A stretch of 40,387 nucleotides of DNA. Source: Shigella phage SFPH2. Position numbers and translations under genes: made by a program. The notes under the pieces are model-generated. The model saw nothing but the letters and a program-made list of their open reading frames with translations, did no database searches and was not told where the DNA came from. The stretch is taken from sequence record MH464253; one strand, written 5' to 3'. Positions 1-8,068 of this stretch are shown here, in pieces (position 1 is the stretch's first letter; each line of letters opens with the position of its first letter).

Positions 1-909
1 GCGACCTTTAGCCCAGTACCCACCACCAACCACCCCGGTCCACGGCTTAGGTGGCACGACGCAGGGCTGGTAAACTGGGGCAATTCCTGCCAGAGAGAAA
101 CCACGCTGAGCCATCTTCTTGACCCAGAAGTCAGACAGGTGGACCATCTCAACGTCTGCCGCAGCGTTGCCTGCACCGTAGCGCTTAAGCTCGACCAGTT
201 GTGAGGACTGGATGACCAGCTCAAGCATCTTGATGCCTACGTGAACAGCCTCGGTCGGACTCCAAGTCCCCCACGCGTCAGCCAGTTGTCCCTGCTCAAG
301 CATAGACGCCTCGACTGCCTGCATGTAGGCCTTCTTGTAGCTTGCGCCAGCGCGTTTCTTCAGGTTCTCCGCGATGGTCTTCTTGAAGTGCTCCTGCTCC
401 TGCTCACGGATGCGACCAAAGCGGATTTCATCTTCCAGTGTGCGACCTATCGCGGATGCCATAGGAGTTATCGGAATGCCTTCAGGCTTGACCAGCTTGC
501 TGAGGATGACTTTCAGTATGATGACCGCAGCAGACTCCGCAGAGATTAGCAGAGAGCGGTCTTTGACAGCCTTCTCGTCAGTGCTCATCATGGTAAACGC
601 CACGCTTGGACGTGAGGTCGAGGACTTACCGTCCGGGCCTTCATGCCACTCACGCACAGCCTTAGCGATGGTCGGAACCAGTGTTTGCATCAGAGGTTTA
701 GCGACCTGATTGTCTGCCAGCTCCCCGCGCTCGGTCTGACGCTCAAGGTTCTTAATGAAACGTCGCTCACCTTCAGTGTATGCCTCATGCTCTAGCTGGA
801 GCTGTTTGACTGCGAGGTCTTGCCCGTAGTGGTCAGCCAGTACGTTGAAAGGTTCGATTGCATTCGACACATCAGAGAAGTCGTGTTTGTCAATTGAGAT
901 GACGCTCAT
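1..909 (-). CDS. gp1: DNA-directed RNA polymerase, N-terminal part (gene cut by window boundary; continues at 40387..38615)
   Basis: ATG at 909..907 with AAGGA 9 nt upstream; translation MSVISIDKHDFSD...FGRIREQEQEHFKK...PCVVPPKPWTGVVGGGYWAKGR is colinear with T7 RNAP N-terminus; frame runs off position 1 with a complete codon. Confidence 0.93.
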   Translation of the reverse strand, partial: MSVISIDKHDFSDVSNAIEPFNVLADHYGQDLAVKQLQLEHEAYTEGERRFIKNLERQTERGELADNQVAKPLMQTLVPTIAKAVREWHEGPDGKSSTSRPSVAFTMMSTDEKAVKDRSLLISAESAAVIILKVILSKLVKPEGIPITPMASAIGRTLEDEIRFGRIREQEQEHFKKTIAENLKKRAGASYKKAYMQAVEASMLEQGQLADAWGTWSPTEAVHVGIKMLELVIQSSQLVELKRYGAGNAAADVEMVHLSDFWVKKMAQRGFSLAGIAPVYQPCVVPPKPWTGVVGGGYWAKGR

Positions 910-984
910 ACTTAAAGTCCTTATAACTGTTGTCTTATCACTAAAGTCTTTCACTTCAGTCCTGACTTAGAGTCTTTCGACCTT

Positions 985-1007
985 GAGTCCTTTAGTGATA
1001 GTTTAGT
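985..1007 (-). promoter_or_regulatory. Phage-promoter-like element upstream of gene 1 (ACTAAACTATCACTAAAGGACTC); variant of the consensus, also half of a 10-bp inverted repeat
   Basis: 17 of 19 upstream positions match the phage promoter consensus but TATAGGG is replaced by TAAAGGA; ATCACTAAAG (plus 944-953 region) pairs with CTTTAGTGAT (988-997). Confidence 0.35.
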
Positions 1008-1011
1008 CCAA

Positions 1012-1338
1012 CTACTTGCATATCAGTGGGTTAGCGTGTAGATGACTGAAGTCACCGCGTGTAGTGTGCTTGATGTCTGACCGCTGGTCTATTGCCCTCC
1101 AGCCGGAGACCAGAAGTTTACCATCGTCAGTGCGAGGTCGTCCACCATACGCCAGACACATCAGCTCGGCCTTATGGCCCTCGGCCCGGAGTCTTGCTTG
1201 CAGCACCCGGTCGCGCTCCTGCTGTTGACGAATGGTGTGACTTGAGGTCCCGTGACGGTAGCCTGTAGCCAGTGCTGAAAGCAGGTTAAGGTCTGCGTCC
1301 AGCGCATGAACCAGATTAATCCCATATGACTTGCTCAT
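1012..1338 (-). CDS. Hypothetical protein, 108 aa, between kinase and RNAP
   Basis: Minus-strand ORF with ATG start overlapping upstream stop (TAATG); no recognisable homolog from memory. Confidence 0.45.
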   Translation of the reverse strand: MSKSYGINLVHALDADLNLLSALATGYRHGTSSHTIRQQQERDRVLQARLRAEGHKAELMCLAYGGRPRTDDGKLLVSGWRAIDQRSDIKHTTRGDFSHLHANPLICK

Positions 1339-1628
1339 TACAGTTTACTCCCTAAGGTTGCGATGTCCCAGACGTTTGCGAGGTTGCGCATGAATCGTCC
1401 GTTCGGTTGTCTTACAGTCCAGCGCCCAAGTGATACATACTGGAAGCGGTAGACTTTACGTGCCTTGATGATGTCCTTCGTGATTACTGCGAGTATTGAC
1501 CCGTAGCCGATGACCAGAAGTATCCAGCCCATTACAGAGACCCTCGCTTGATTGCATCCAGAAGACCCCAAGCTATCAGAAAGATGACCGGAGATAAGCA
1601 CACCCAGTACCCGATGTTCATAGTTCAC
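1338..1628 (-). CDS. Hypothetical protein, 96 aa (GTG start in track); contains hydrophobic segment WILLVIGYGSILAVI; may instead be two short ORFs (30 aa + 64 aa)
   Basis: Track start is GTG; an ATG with AGGTGA SD at ~1620 opens a 30-codon hydrophobic ORF whose TAA overlaps an internal ATG of this frame. Confidence 0.3.
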   Translation of the reverse strand: MNYEHRVLGVLISGHLSDSLGSSGCNQARVSVMGWILLVIGYGSILAVITKDIIKARKVYRFQYVSLGRWTVRQPNGRFMRNLANVWDIATLGSKL

Positions 1629-1688
1629 CTGCCTATATGTTGTGAGAAATAACCTTTGAGACCACTAGATGTAGTGGCCTCTCGTCTA

Positions 1689-2423
1689 TCACTCAGCTAT
1701 TGCGTTCAGCCTGCCTTGCAGCTCGTCTTGATGGTCTGCCTGAGTCCAAGACACTGGGTCTGTGATTATCAGTCGCCCGTTGTTATCAACCATCACATTA
1801 GCGCGGTGTGTGTCGAATGATGCCAGCCCGTAGAAGAAACTGTTAATCTTCTTAGCAGTCTGCGCAAGGTCCTTGATATACTGGGCCTCGACGTGTGCAA
1901 ACTCAGCCCGTGCGTCTTGGTCCAGCCACCAGCTCAGGGCCTCAGACGGTTGCTCGCAATGGTCTATTATCGCGTTGACTACACGCCACGACACGTTTAA
2001 GACTCGCTGCTCGTAGGTCTCACCATCCCGGCAGTAGTCACCGCCGATGTCATTCAGTGAGCGGTACTTATCCATAGCCACCATGTAGGCCCTGCTGAAG
2101 CGCTTGACCAGATGGATGACCGGAAGCCCAGCCAGACCCTCGTTCTCTCGGCAGAAGGCCGCATATGCAGCGCCTGAGTCATCCTTCTTAAAGCCTACCT
2201 TGATTGCATATCCCGGCAGGTCCTCATGCTCAAAGGCAGCGGCGAAATGTCCAAGGCCTAACAGCTTGTAACCATGTTCCCGCGCCAGTATCTCAAAGGC
2301 TCCCCAGCGAGGTTGACCAGCTATGCCAGCGCTAGAGTCTTCAATCTTGTAGCACTCCTCGCAGATGATAGCGTGGAGCTGAGACATCAGGTTATTCATG
2401 ATTACTTTATCGTGTGCGTTCAT
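1689..2423 (-). CDS. gp0.7: Serine/threonine protein kinase (T7 gp0.7-type kinase domain only)
   Basis: LGLGHFAAAF...AIKVGFKKDDSGAAYAAFCR...ITDPVS blocks match T7 gp0.7 kinase domain; ATG at 2423 (MNAHDK) has AAGGAAAC SD, the track start at 2456 is TTG; about 115 residues shorter than T7 gp0.7. Confidence 0.85.
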   Translation of the reverse strand: MNAHDKVIMNNLMSQLHAIICEECYKIEDSSAGIAGQPRWGAFEILAREHGYKLLGLGHFAAAFEHEDLPGYAIKVGFKKDDSGAAYAAFCRENEGLAGLPVIHLVKRFSRAYMVAMDKYRSLNDIGGDYCRDGETYEQRVLNVSWRVVNAIIDHCEQPSEALSWWLDQDARAEFAHVEAQYIKDLAQTAKKINSFFYGLASFDTHRANVMVDNNGRLIITDPVSWTQADHQDELQGRLNAIAE

Positions 2424-2454
2424 TACGTGTGTTTCCTTCTTGTGGTTAAGTGAC

Positions 2455-2495
2455 AATCAGTCAGGCCACCAGCATGGATGACCTGTAGTCTGGCA
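2455..2495 (-). promoter_or_regulatory. Conserved RNA hairpin A (candidate RNase III processing site)
   Basis: Minus-strand transcript CAGGUCAUCCA..UGGUGGCCUG, stem closed by G-U wobbles; member of a 5-copy family. Confidence 0.5.
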
Positions 2496-2515
2496 CTCGT
2501 CTACAGCGCTAGGCC

Positions 2516-2863
2516 CTAGACCTCCACCGCGATGGTCGTCATCTTGGTTACAGTAAGTCCGCCAGCCAGCTCGACTGCATAGCGTATCGCCTCTTCTTTG
2601 GACTTAAAGTCCTTACCAGCAAGGTGGTATGTGTCCCCTGTTATTACCTTAGATGGACTGCGACTTACCGCAATAGCGTTTTCCATGGCAAGCTCACCAC
2701 GGCTATACTGAGTAAACCAGCGCTTCACCGAACTCGTCCCCACCCCGAACTTTTGGGCTGTTTCCGTCACCCTATCCATAACGCCCTCAGGTAGAGAGGT
2801 GTAGTATTCAACAACGTTGAGTTTAAATGCTAACGAGAATACATTGCGAGTTTTAGCAGTCAT
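2516..2863 (-). CDS. Early protein with putative N-terminal helix-turn-helix (115 aa)
   Basis: ETAQKFGVGTSSVKRWFTQY resembles transposase/sigma-type HTH (A..GVS..T..RW); SD GAAGGAAAG upstream. Confidence 0.6.
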   Translation of the reverse strand: MTAKTRNVFSLAFKLNVVEYYTSLPEGVMDRVTETAQKFGVGTSSVKRWFTQYSRGELAMENAIAVSRSPSKVITGDTYHLAGKDFKSKEEAIRYAVELAGGLTVTKMTTIAVEV

Positions 2864-2884
2864 TATTCTTTCCTTCTATATTTG

Positions 2885-2940
2885 TCAAGTGGTAATCACT
2901 CAGGCCACCATGTAGATGACCTGTAGTTTAACACTCAGTA
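2885..2940 (-). promoter_or_regulatory. Conserved RNA hairpin B (candidate RNase III processing site)
   Basis: CAGGUCAUC-UACAU-GGUGGCCUG with two G-U wobbles, same flanks as hairpins A, C, D. Confidence 0.5.
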
Positions 2941-3060
2941 CCCGCCTGTCAGCGTTATGGTTAGCGCATGGTGGTTAGCCGTGTAGCAGGCCCCGCGCTT
3001 CATCAGCTCGACGAGACCATCATAGAACGCCTGCTCGCTGCTGTAGCTTATCGTGTACAT
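2935..3060 (-). CDS. Small hypothetical ORF (41 aa)
   Basis: ATG overlapping upstream stop (TGATG); MYTISYSSEQAFYDGLVELMKRGACYTANHHALTITLTGGY; below track length cutoff. Confidence 0.3.
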   Translation of the reverse strand: MYTISYSSEQAFYDGLVELMKRGACYTANHHALTITLTGGY

Positions 3061-3263
3061 CAGTAGAACCTCCTTGCGTACTTGAGGAAAGCGCCATCAC
3101 GCAGAATCTCCCAGTCTCCCCAGCTCAGGCTATAGCTATGCGGAAGTTTGAACTCCTTGTTAACGTGTATGCTTGACCGTATGGTCACAAACTTGGAGTC
3201 GCCCACGGTCTCAATATCAACCGTTATCCACGGCTTGATGTGATTAGGGTATGAGTTAATCAT
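3060..3263 (-). CDS. Hypothetical early protein (67 aa, 0.4 position)
   Basis: ATG at 3263 (MINSYPNH) directly after SAMase stop with GGGAGGTGG SD; track start at 3296 lies inside SAMase. Confidence 0.5.
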   Translation of the reverse strand: MINSYPNHIKPWITVDIETVGDSKFVTIRSSIHVNKEFKLPHSYSLSWGDWEILRDGAFLKYARRFY

Positions 3264-3264
3264 C

Positions 3265-3717
3265 TTACACCACCTCCCAGAACCGACCTTCAGCATCTTT
3301 CGTGAAGCATTCGCCCTTTGGTGCCTCGACTTGCTGGAATGCCCCGTTCAGACGTGTGGTCTTGTAGCCATCCAGACCTTTGCAGAACATCAGGCCAGCC
3401 GTGTGAGTCTGAGACTTGTAGACCATCACGCAGTCTTGCTCAAAGTCATTGCAGGCCAGCCGCGCAACGTTGATAGCCTGAGCTTTGGACTCACAGCGCA
3501 CACGATATGTTCTCTCCTCAGTGGCGACCTCTTGCCCTTCCTCGCGGTAGCATCCTGTAAGCCCAGTGCATTCGAGCACACCGTAGTAGTCTGGCTCAGC
3601 TTGTAGCAGTGCCTTAAGGTCTAACTGACGGCCCATGTTCACTATGTCTGACAGTCCAGCACGAGCGGCTGACACGAGCACATAGAAGACGTTAGCTGGT
3701 TCGTTAGTGTAAATCAT
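3265..3717 (-). CDS. gp0.3: S-adenosyl-L-methionine hydrolase/lyase (T3 gene 0.3-type SAMase, anti-restriction)
   Basis: MIYTNEPANVFYVLVSA...TGCYRE...VRC.SKAQAINVARLACN..EQDCVMVYKSQTHTAGL matches T3 SAMase as recalled, near-identical length (150 aa). Confidence 0.88.
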   Translation of the reverse strand: MIYTNEPANVFYVLVSAARAGLSDIVNMGRQLDLKALLQAEPDYYGVLECTGLTGCYREEGQEVATEERTYRVRCESKAQAINVARLACNDFEQDCVMVYKSQTHTAGLMFCKGLDGYKTTRLNGAFQQVEAPKGECFTKDAEGRFWEVV

Positions 3718-3931
3718 GATGTGTATCCTTTAAGTGTGAGTGATTATCATAAAGAGACCTGAGGCGCTCATCTTGAGCCTGACCCGCAGTAGCCAACAAG
3801 TCTCTTGAGTTAATCGCTTACTATCGGCGCACATTAAGAGTTATCCAGATTGTTAAAGAGCATTCGCTTGGCTGTCGTCGCCTCGCTAGCCTGTTTCAGT
3901 GTTAGGCTTCACTGTCGTTTCGATGTGGTTC

Positions 3932-3961
3932 ATACTACTTTAAGTCGTTACTGCTTGTCAA
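3932..3961 (-). promoter_or_regulatory. Candidate host sigma70 promoter (TTGACA-N18-TAGTAT), rightward/sense
   Basis: Hexamers read on minus strand upstream of the early genes. Confidence 0.3.
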
Positions 3962-4076
3962 CTACTTTCTTTCTGTCGGTTGCCTGTTTTTCGTATGTCT
4001 TACAGGCTGACTACTTAACCGGACCGACCCGGCGTCTTCACTATCCGGTTGTTGCCGTGTCGTGTTGACGGAAGCT

Positions 4077-4105
4077 ATTAAACCAAAAGTCAGACCTACT
4101 GTCAA
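4077..4105 (-). promoter_or_regulatory. Candidate host sigma70 early promoter (TTGACA-N17-TTTAAT), rightward/sense
   Basis: Perfect -35 and 17-bp spacer on minus strand, ~360 bp upstream of SAMase. Confidence 0.4.
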
Positions 4106-4168
4106 CAACTATTTATCATGGTAATTTATACAGTAGTCCAATGACTATATAATAACGACTACAGATGA

Positions 4169-4196
4169 TTGACTTTAAGTCTGGACTGTGGATAAT
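4169..4196 (+). promoter_or_regulatory. Candidate sigma70 promoter on the antisense strand (TTGACT-N16-GATAAT)
   Basis: TTGACTttaagtctggactgtgGATAAT on plus strand; closely resembles T7 A1 core (TTGACTtaaagtct...GATACT) but points opposite to all genes. Confidence 0.4.
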
Positions 4197-4199
4197 GAG

Positions 4200-4852
4200 A
4201 GTCCAGTTAGCAAGACACTAACTAATAACCCTAGTCAGCTATGGTCTCTGACTGCTAAACGGACCGGATGTGATAACCTGTGAGTCTAGACCTTAGGACT
4301 CTGATAAACTGAAGGTCGACATGGTGTCTATTGACTGTAGGTAGTGAGACTGTAGGTAGTCCCGTTACCAATGGATTGACTGTAGGTAGTGAGACTGAAG
4401 GTGATGACTCTAGGCTGATACAGATAGCGACTCAGGGACACAACATATAGTCCCGACCAATCGTCCCTACCACAAGATATAGGCCCTATCGGTCCAGACT
4501 TCGGGTCGACTTCGGGTCAAAGACTTGAGGTTTAGACCTTCGGTCTAGGGGTAGGGCCTTTGGTCGAGACTTAAAGAGGGCCTATGGGGAGACTTGAGGT
4601 TCTTGAACTGTGAGATGTGGTCTCAAACTTTTGGTCCAAAACTCATCGTCCCTACTGTAGGCCTCAGCCACTGTAGGTCAAGGACCGTAGGTCAGGCGAC
4701 ACTAGGGTAGACCAGTGAGTAGGATGACCCTAAGTGAGCTTCTCTTAAGGTGTTACCTAAAGTCCTTGACTACAGTAGCTAAGGTCAGTAGAGTAGCGTC
4801 AGCTATGAACTGACCTTAGGTCCGTCTTTCGTTGATTGTTACCATGATGGCG
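4200..4852. repeat. Repeat-rich non-coding terminal region (expected location of physical genome ends / terminal repeat / concatemer junction)
   Basis: No ORF of 60 codons or more on the coding strand; 22-bp perfect direct repeat TTGACTGTAGGTAGTGAGACTG at 4331-4352 and 4376-4397; recurring CTGTAGG, ATCGTCCCTAC, AGACTTGAGG, CTTCGGGTC motifs. Confidence 0.6.
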
Positions 4853-5011
4853 TTAATGACACTCAGACACCAGAGTACATACGAGAGTCTCGACCCACCC
4901 GACCCACTGACTTCCAGCAGTAACGCCAGCAGCAAGTAGAACAGCAGCAAGAAACCTGTATGTAGCTCTATTGGTCGCCAGAGCTTTAAGAACAGCTTTG
5001 GTCTTACCCAT
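4853..5011 (-). CDS. gp19.5: gp19.5-like small protein (52 aa)
   Basis: MGKTKAVLKALATNRATYRFLAAVLLAAGV... resembles T7 gp19.5 (..RVTYRFLVVLCAALGY..); AGGAGGT SD 7 nt upstream; lies downstream of the phiOR-position promoter. Confidence 0.65.
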   Translation of the reverse strand: MGKTKAVLKALATNRATYRFLAAVLLAAGVTAGSQWVGWVETLVCTLVSECH

Positions 5012-5185
5012 GCTACATACCTCCTGTCGCTTAGGGTCTACTTAAGTTATGAGGGTGTGATGATTACAATCACCCTCTCCATCGGTGCTAACCTTAGGTA
5101 AGAACTAAGGAGTCTGCCTCCTAAGGTCTTGCATAAAGTGTGCATATGCTTATTCATTGAGTCTTTACTATAAGTAACCGGGGGT

Positions 5186-5208
5186 CTTCCCTATAGTGAT
5201 AGTTAAGT
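5186..5208 (-). promoter_or_regulatory. Phage RNAP promoter (phiOR position): ACTTAACTATCACTATAGGGAAG
   Basis: Full consensus match between terminase large subunit and gene 19.5. Confidence 0.85.
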
Positions 5209-5301
5209 CCCTTTCCCTTTAGAATCATTAAATTACGAGAGATACCTAACGCACTACTTACTGCTTATACATGCAGATTTCATGCGTAGGTATTCATTAG
5301 G

Positions 5302-7065
5302 TTAGTGGAACTTGACGTAGGACCCTAAGCCTAAGTCATCATCTGTATTGAACTGGACCCGGACCCCATTGTCCCAATAGTCAGTCTCGATGGACTTAAA
5401 GCCTTTCCGAGGGTCTTCCATCTGTTCCTCAAGCCACTCTTCTGTTACTTCACGCTGTCCCTTGACGGCATCCTTCGCCATAGACTCTACGAAGAACTGT
5501 ACACCGATAGCCAGAGCATCAAGTCGGTCGTCATGAGCCAAGGCTCCACGTTCACGGCTGATACGGGTCATCTGGTAGAACAGAGAGTAGATAGGGTTAC
5601 GGACACCATCCTTATCGGCAGCAGTCTGGTAGTCAGACACAATGGTCGAGGAGTTCACGATGAGTCGGTGAGACCCCATGATAGGCTCCAGAACGTCGCA
5701 GATGCGCAGCTCCTTCTGACCCTTACTCTTGACCTCGGTAACTGCTGCCGGGTGAATACGGGCCGCTACAGGCTTGAAGAGTTCGAGATACATACCGTCA
5801 CCGAAGTTACCTTCAATCACGTACTCGTTGACCTTCCACTTACGACCAATCTTAGCCAGAGCCTCCAGCGTAGAGTCCTCATAGCCACCACGCATACCAC
5901 CCGCTTCCATCACGAAGATGTAGCCGTTGAGCTGGTACAGAACCGCATACCCGGTCTCATCCTTACCTCGACCACTTGGGTCAATGACCAGAATCTTCTG
6001 GGTGTACGAACTGAAGGCAGAACCTACAGTCTGATACGTATGGTAGGAATCGCCCATGAGTCCCACGTTAGGAACGTCATCACGCTTGTTCTGAAGGTTC
6101 GGCAGCCACTGGTATACCATAGGGCTAGACTCAGGGTCCAAGTCCGCTACGATAAGGTCACGCAGCTTCAGAGGGTATTTCTCGGCGTCCCCTAGGTTGG
6201 GGTTCAGCATGAACTGTAGGGCGAAGCCCGCCTTACCATAAGACAGCTCACGCTCCTTCAGGTCCTCATCGTCGAAGCGAACCTCATCGGTCGGTCTCCA
6301 GTAGTATCCCTCAGGGTCAGACTCCAGCTCGGCCTGAAGCATAGGAGCCAGACGGTCTCCGTAAGACTTCCAGTCCTTCTCATCACGTGGGTAGCGGGCA
6401 GGCCAGATGGTAGTTGAGTAACCACGACCCTCAAGCTGTCGATACAGGGTCATCTCGGTCTGAGGAGTACCCAGATAGATAACCGTACCACCCGGCTTCA
6501 GGATTGCGTCGAACTCTTTCACCAGCTCTGACAGTCTGTCACGTGCCGCCTGAGTAGCGGAGTTACCGGGGACCTCTACGTCATCGGCAATCAGGATGTC
6601 AGCACGGCTACCAGTTAACTGACCAGTGATACCAACGGACTTAACCGAGGGAGAGTGGTCAGGCTTGGCAGGCCCTACGTCAAAGCTGATTACTGCGTCT
6701 CGCTGCCCCTGCTTAGGCTTCAACTCTTGGAGCTGAGGCATGAGGTCGATGATACGCTTGATGAAGATTGAGTTCGCATCGGCTCGTTCCTTTGAGGCCG
6801 ACACAATCATGAACTTCAAGTCCGGGTTATTCCATAGCTTCCAGACCACGAAGGCACACGTAATGAAGGACTTCCCGATACCACGGAATGCCTGCAAGAT
6901 GAAGCGCCTGTTGTCCCCAGCCGATAGCTTCTTCGCCATGTCAATCTGACAGCGAGTCGGAACAGGAAGTGACAGAGCTTTCCACAGAACGAACAGGAAG
7001 AACACGAAGTCTGACTTCATACGGGCAGTCATAAGCGCCTGACGCGCTGCTAAGTCTTGACTCAA
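5302..7065 (-). CDS. gp19: Terminase large subunit (DNA maturase B)
   Basis: 587 aa; Walker A-like GIGKS, colinear with T7 gp19 (586 aa). Confidence 0.95.
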   Translation of the reverse strand: MSQDLAARQALMTARMKSDFVFFLFVLWKALSLPVPTRCQIDMAKKLSAGDNRRFILQAFRGIGKSFITCAFVVWKLWNNPDLKFMIVSASKERADANSIFIKRIIDLMPQLQELKPKQGQRDAVISFDVGPAKPDHSPSVKSVGITGQLTGSRADILIADDVEVPGNSATQAARDRLSELVKEFDAILKPGGTVIYLGTPQTEMTLYRQLEGRGYSTTIWPARYPRDEKDWKSYGDRLAPMLQAELESDPEGYYWRPTDEVRFDDEDLKERELSYGKAGFALQFMLNPNLGDAEKYPLKLRDLIVADLDPESSPMVYQWLPNLQNKRDDVPNVGLMGDSYHTYQTVGSAFSSYTQKILVIDPSGRGKDETGYAVLYQLNGYIFVMEAGGMRGGYEDSTLEALAKIGRKWKVNEYVIEGNFGDGMYLELFKPVAARIHPAAVTEVKSKGQKELRICDVLEPIMGSHRLIVNSSTIVSDYQTAADKDGVRNPIYSLFYQMTRISRERGALAHDDRLDALAIGVQFFVESMAKDAVKGQREVTEEWLEEQMEDPRKGFKSIETDYWDNGVRVQFNTDDDLGLGSYVKFH

Positions 7066-7511
7066 GGTTTCACCTCCTTCTCTTGCTGCAAGGCCCTGAT
7101 GGTCCCCTGCAAGGCCTTAATCCATTCGTCGCCTTTCAGTCCGATGGCGATAAGACGCTTAGCATCTCGCTCGTCAAGGTCGGCGTAGCCATCAACGAGG
7201 CATCGACCGTCACTCTGGACCGTTCCACTGGTAGGCTGGACTCTGATGCGCAGCCGCTTGTTATCGCGGTTAAGGTCAGCAATAATCCTATCAGTAGAGC
7301 CTTCCAGCTCGGACATCTTGTCTTGGTATTCTTTTGCAATACGTGACACCTCTCGCTGTACCGAAGTGCGCGTTCTGTCCTCTGCCTGTAGTTTAGTGAT
7401 GTACTCATCGTTTACCTTCGCCTCCCACTTTGTGTCCGCTACCCAGTAGCCTGAACAGAACAGGAGTCCTGCCACCAACCACGGGAGCGCTTTACGTAAA
7501 AGTTCGAGCAT
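7062..7511 (-). CDS. gp18.5: i-spanin (Rz-like, gp18.5)
   Basis: [19 protein letters not shown]-terminal TMD, ...[21 protein letters not shown]...DERDAKR matches T7 gp18.5. Confidence 0.9.
   Translation of the reverse strand: MLELLRKALPWLVAGLLFCSGYWVADTKWEAKVNDEYITKLQAEDRTRTSVQREVSRIAKEYQDKMSELEGSTDRIIADLNRDNKRLRIRVQPTSGTVQSDGRCLVDGYADLDERDAKRLIAIGLKGDEWIKALQGTIRALQQEKEVKP
7136..7408 (-). CDS. gp18.7: o-spanin (Rz1-like lipoprotein) embedded in +1 frame of gp18.5; true start probably internal (TTG before KNTKTR)
   Basis: Embedded ORF with signal-like [17 protein letters not shown] followed by Cys (lipobox-like). Confidence 0.55.
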   Translation of the reverse strand: MSTSLNYRQRTERALRYSERCHVLQKNTKTRCPSWKALLIGLLLTLTAITSGCASESSLPVERSRVTVDASLMATPTLTSEMLSVLSPSD

Positions 7512-7560
7512 AGTTGCCCTCCTGTTTTAAAAGAATTCACGTAGAGTCACCTACGTTAGT

Positions 7561-7615
7561 GTTAATCATGAAGGCCACCCACTACATGTAGTAGATGACC
7601 TTGAGTCTAACACTT
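7561..7615 (-). promoter_or_regulatory. Conserved RNA hairpin C (R18.5-position candidate RNase III site)
   Basis: GGUCAUCUACUAC-AU-GUAGUGGGUGGCC, 13-bp stem with three G-U wobbles; flanks AGACUCAAGG / CCUUCAUGAUUAAC. Confidence 0.55.
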
Positions 7616-7877
7616 ACTGTACACCATACCCGGTGTCATTGTCCTCAGTAGCTGAGAGCACCTTATCGTACTCCCTGTTCAACGCCTCCATGTCAGCTAA
7701 CTGTTTCTCATCCACAGACACCTTGCTGAGTACAAAGTTGTGGCGAGCTAGCAGCTTCTCGATAGCGTTGTAAAGCTGAGGTGAACGCTTGGTGTCATCC
7801 CGCAGGTCTTGCAGCATGAGTCTAGCACGTTCAGTGTCCAGCATTAACAGGAACTTCTCTAAGTCCATCTGCGTCAT
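7614..7877 (-). CDS. gp18: Terminase small subunit (DNA maturase A)
   Basis: 87 aa; ...RSPQLYNAIEKLLARHN.VLSK matches T7 gp18. Confidence 0.9.
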   Translation of the reverse strand: MTQMDLEKFLLMLDTERARLMLQDLRDDTKRSPQLYNAIEKLLARHNFVLSKVSVDEKQLADMEALNREYDKVLSATEDNDTGYGVQ

Positions 7878-8068
7878 GTCTTACCTCCGCTCTTAATCGT
7901 CTTGTAAATCAGTACGCCAATCTGCACCACGGTATACGCGATAGCAGCGACGTAGAACCATTCGTTGAGTGTTAACCCAAAGAAGAACCGACTGGCACCA
8001 TCAGCCGCAGCGGTCCCGACGATAGGCGAGGCTTTGAGGACCTCATTCTTGAAGTCGAACTCAATCAT
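7874..8068 (-). CDS. gp17.5: Holin (class II, gp17.5)
   Basis: ...FFFGLTLNEWFYVAAIAYTVVQIG... near-identical to T7 gp17.5 core. Confidence 0.92.
   Translation of the reverse strand: MIEFDFKNEVLKASPIVGTAAADGASRFFFGLTLNEWFYVAAIAYTVVQIGVLIYKTIKSGGKT

Noticed and set aside
4331-4397. Possible CRISPR-like array from the 22-bp direct repeats
   Set aside because: Only two perfect copies plus partial ones, irregular spacing, no cas genes; consistent instead with terminal-region repeats of T7-like genomes.
5533-6195. 220-aa plus-strand ORF, and the other plus-strand ORFs in the track (e.g. 15321..15785, 16377..16841, 21323..21832, 35437..35916)
   Set aside because: All lie antisense inside well-supported minus-strand genes (terminase, gp15, capsid, etc.), lack convincing ribosome-binding sites and have no recognisable protein features; T7-like phages transcribe only one strand.
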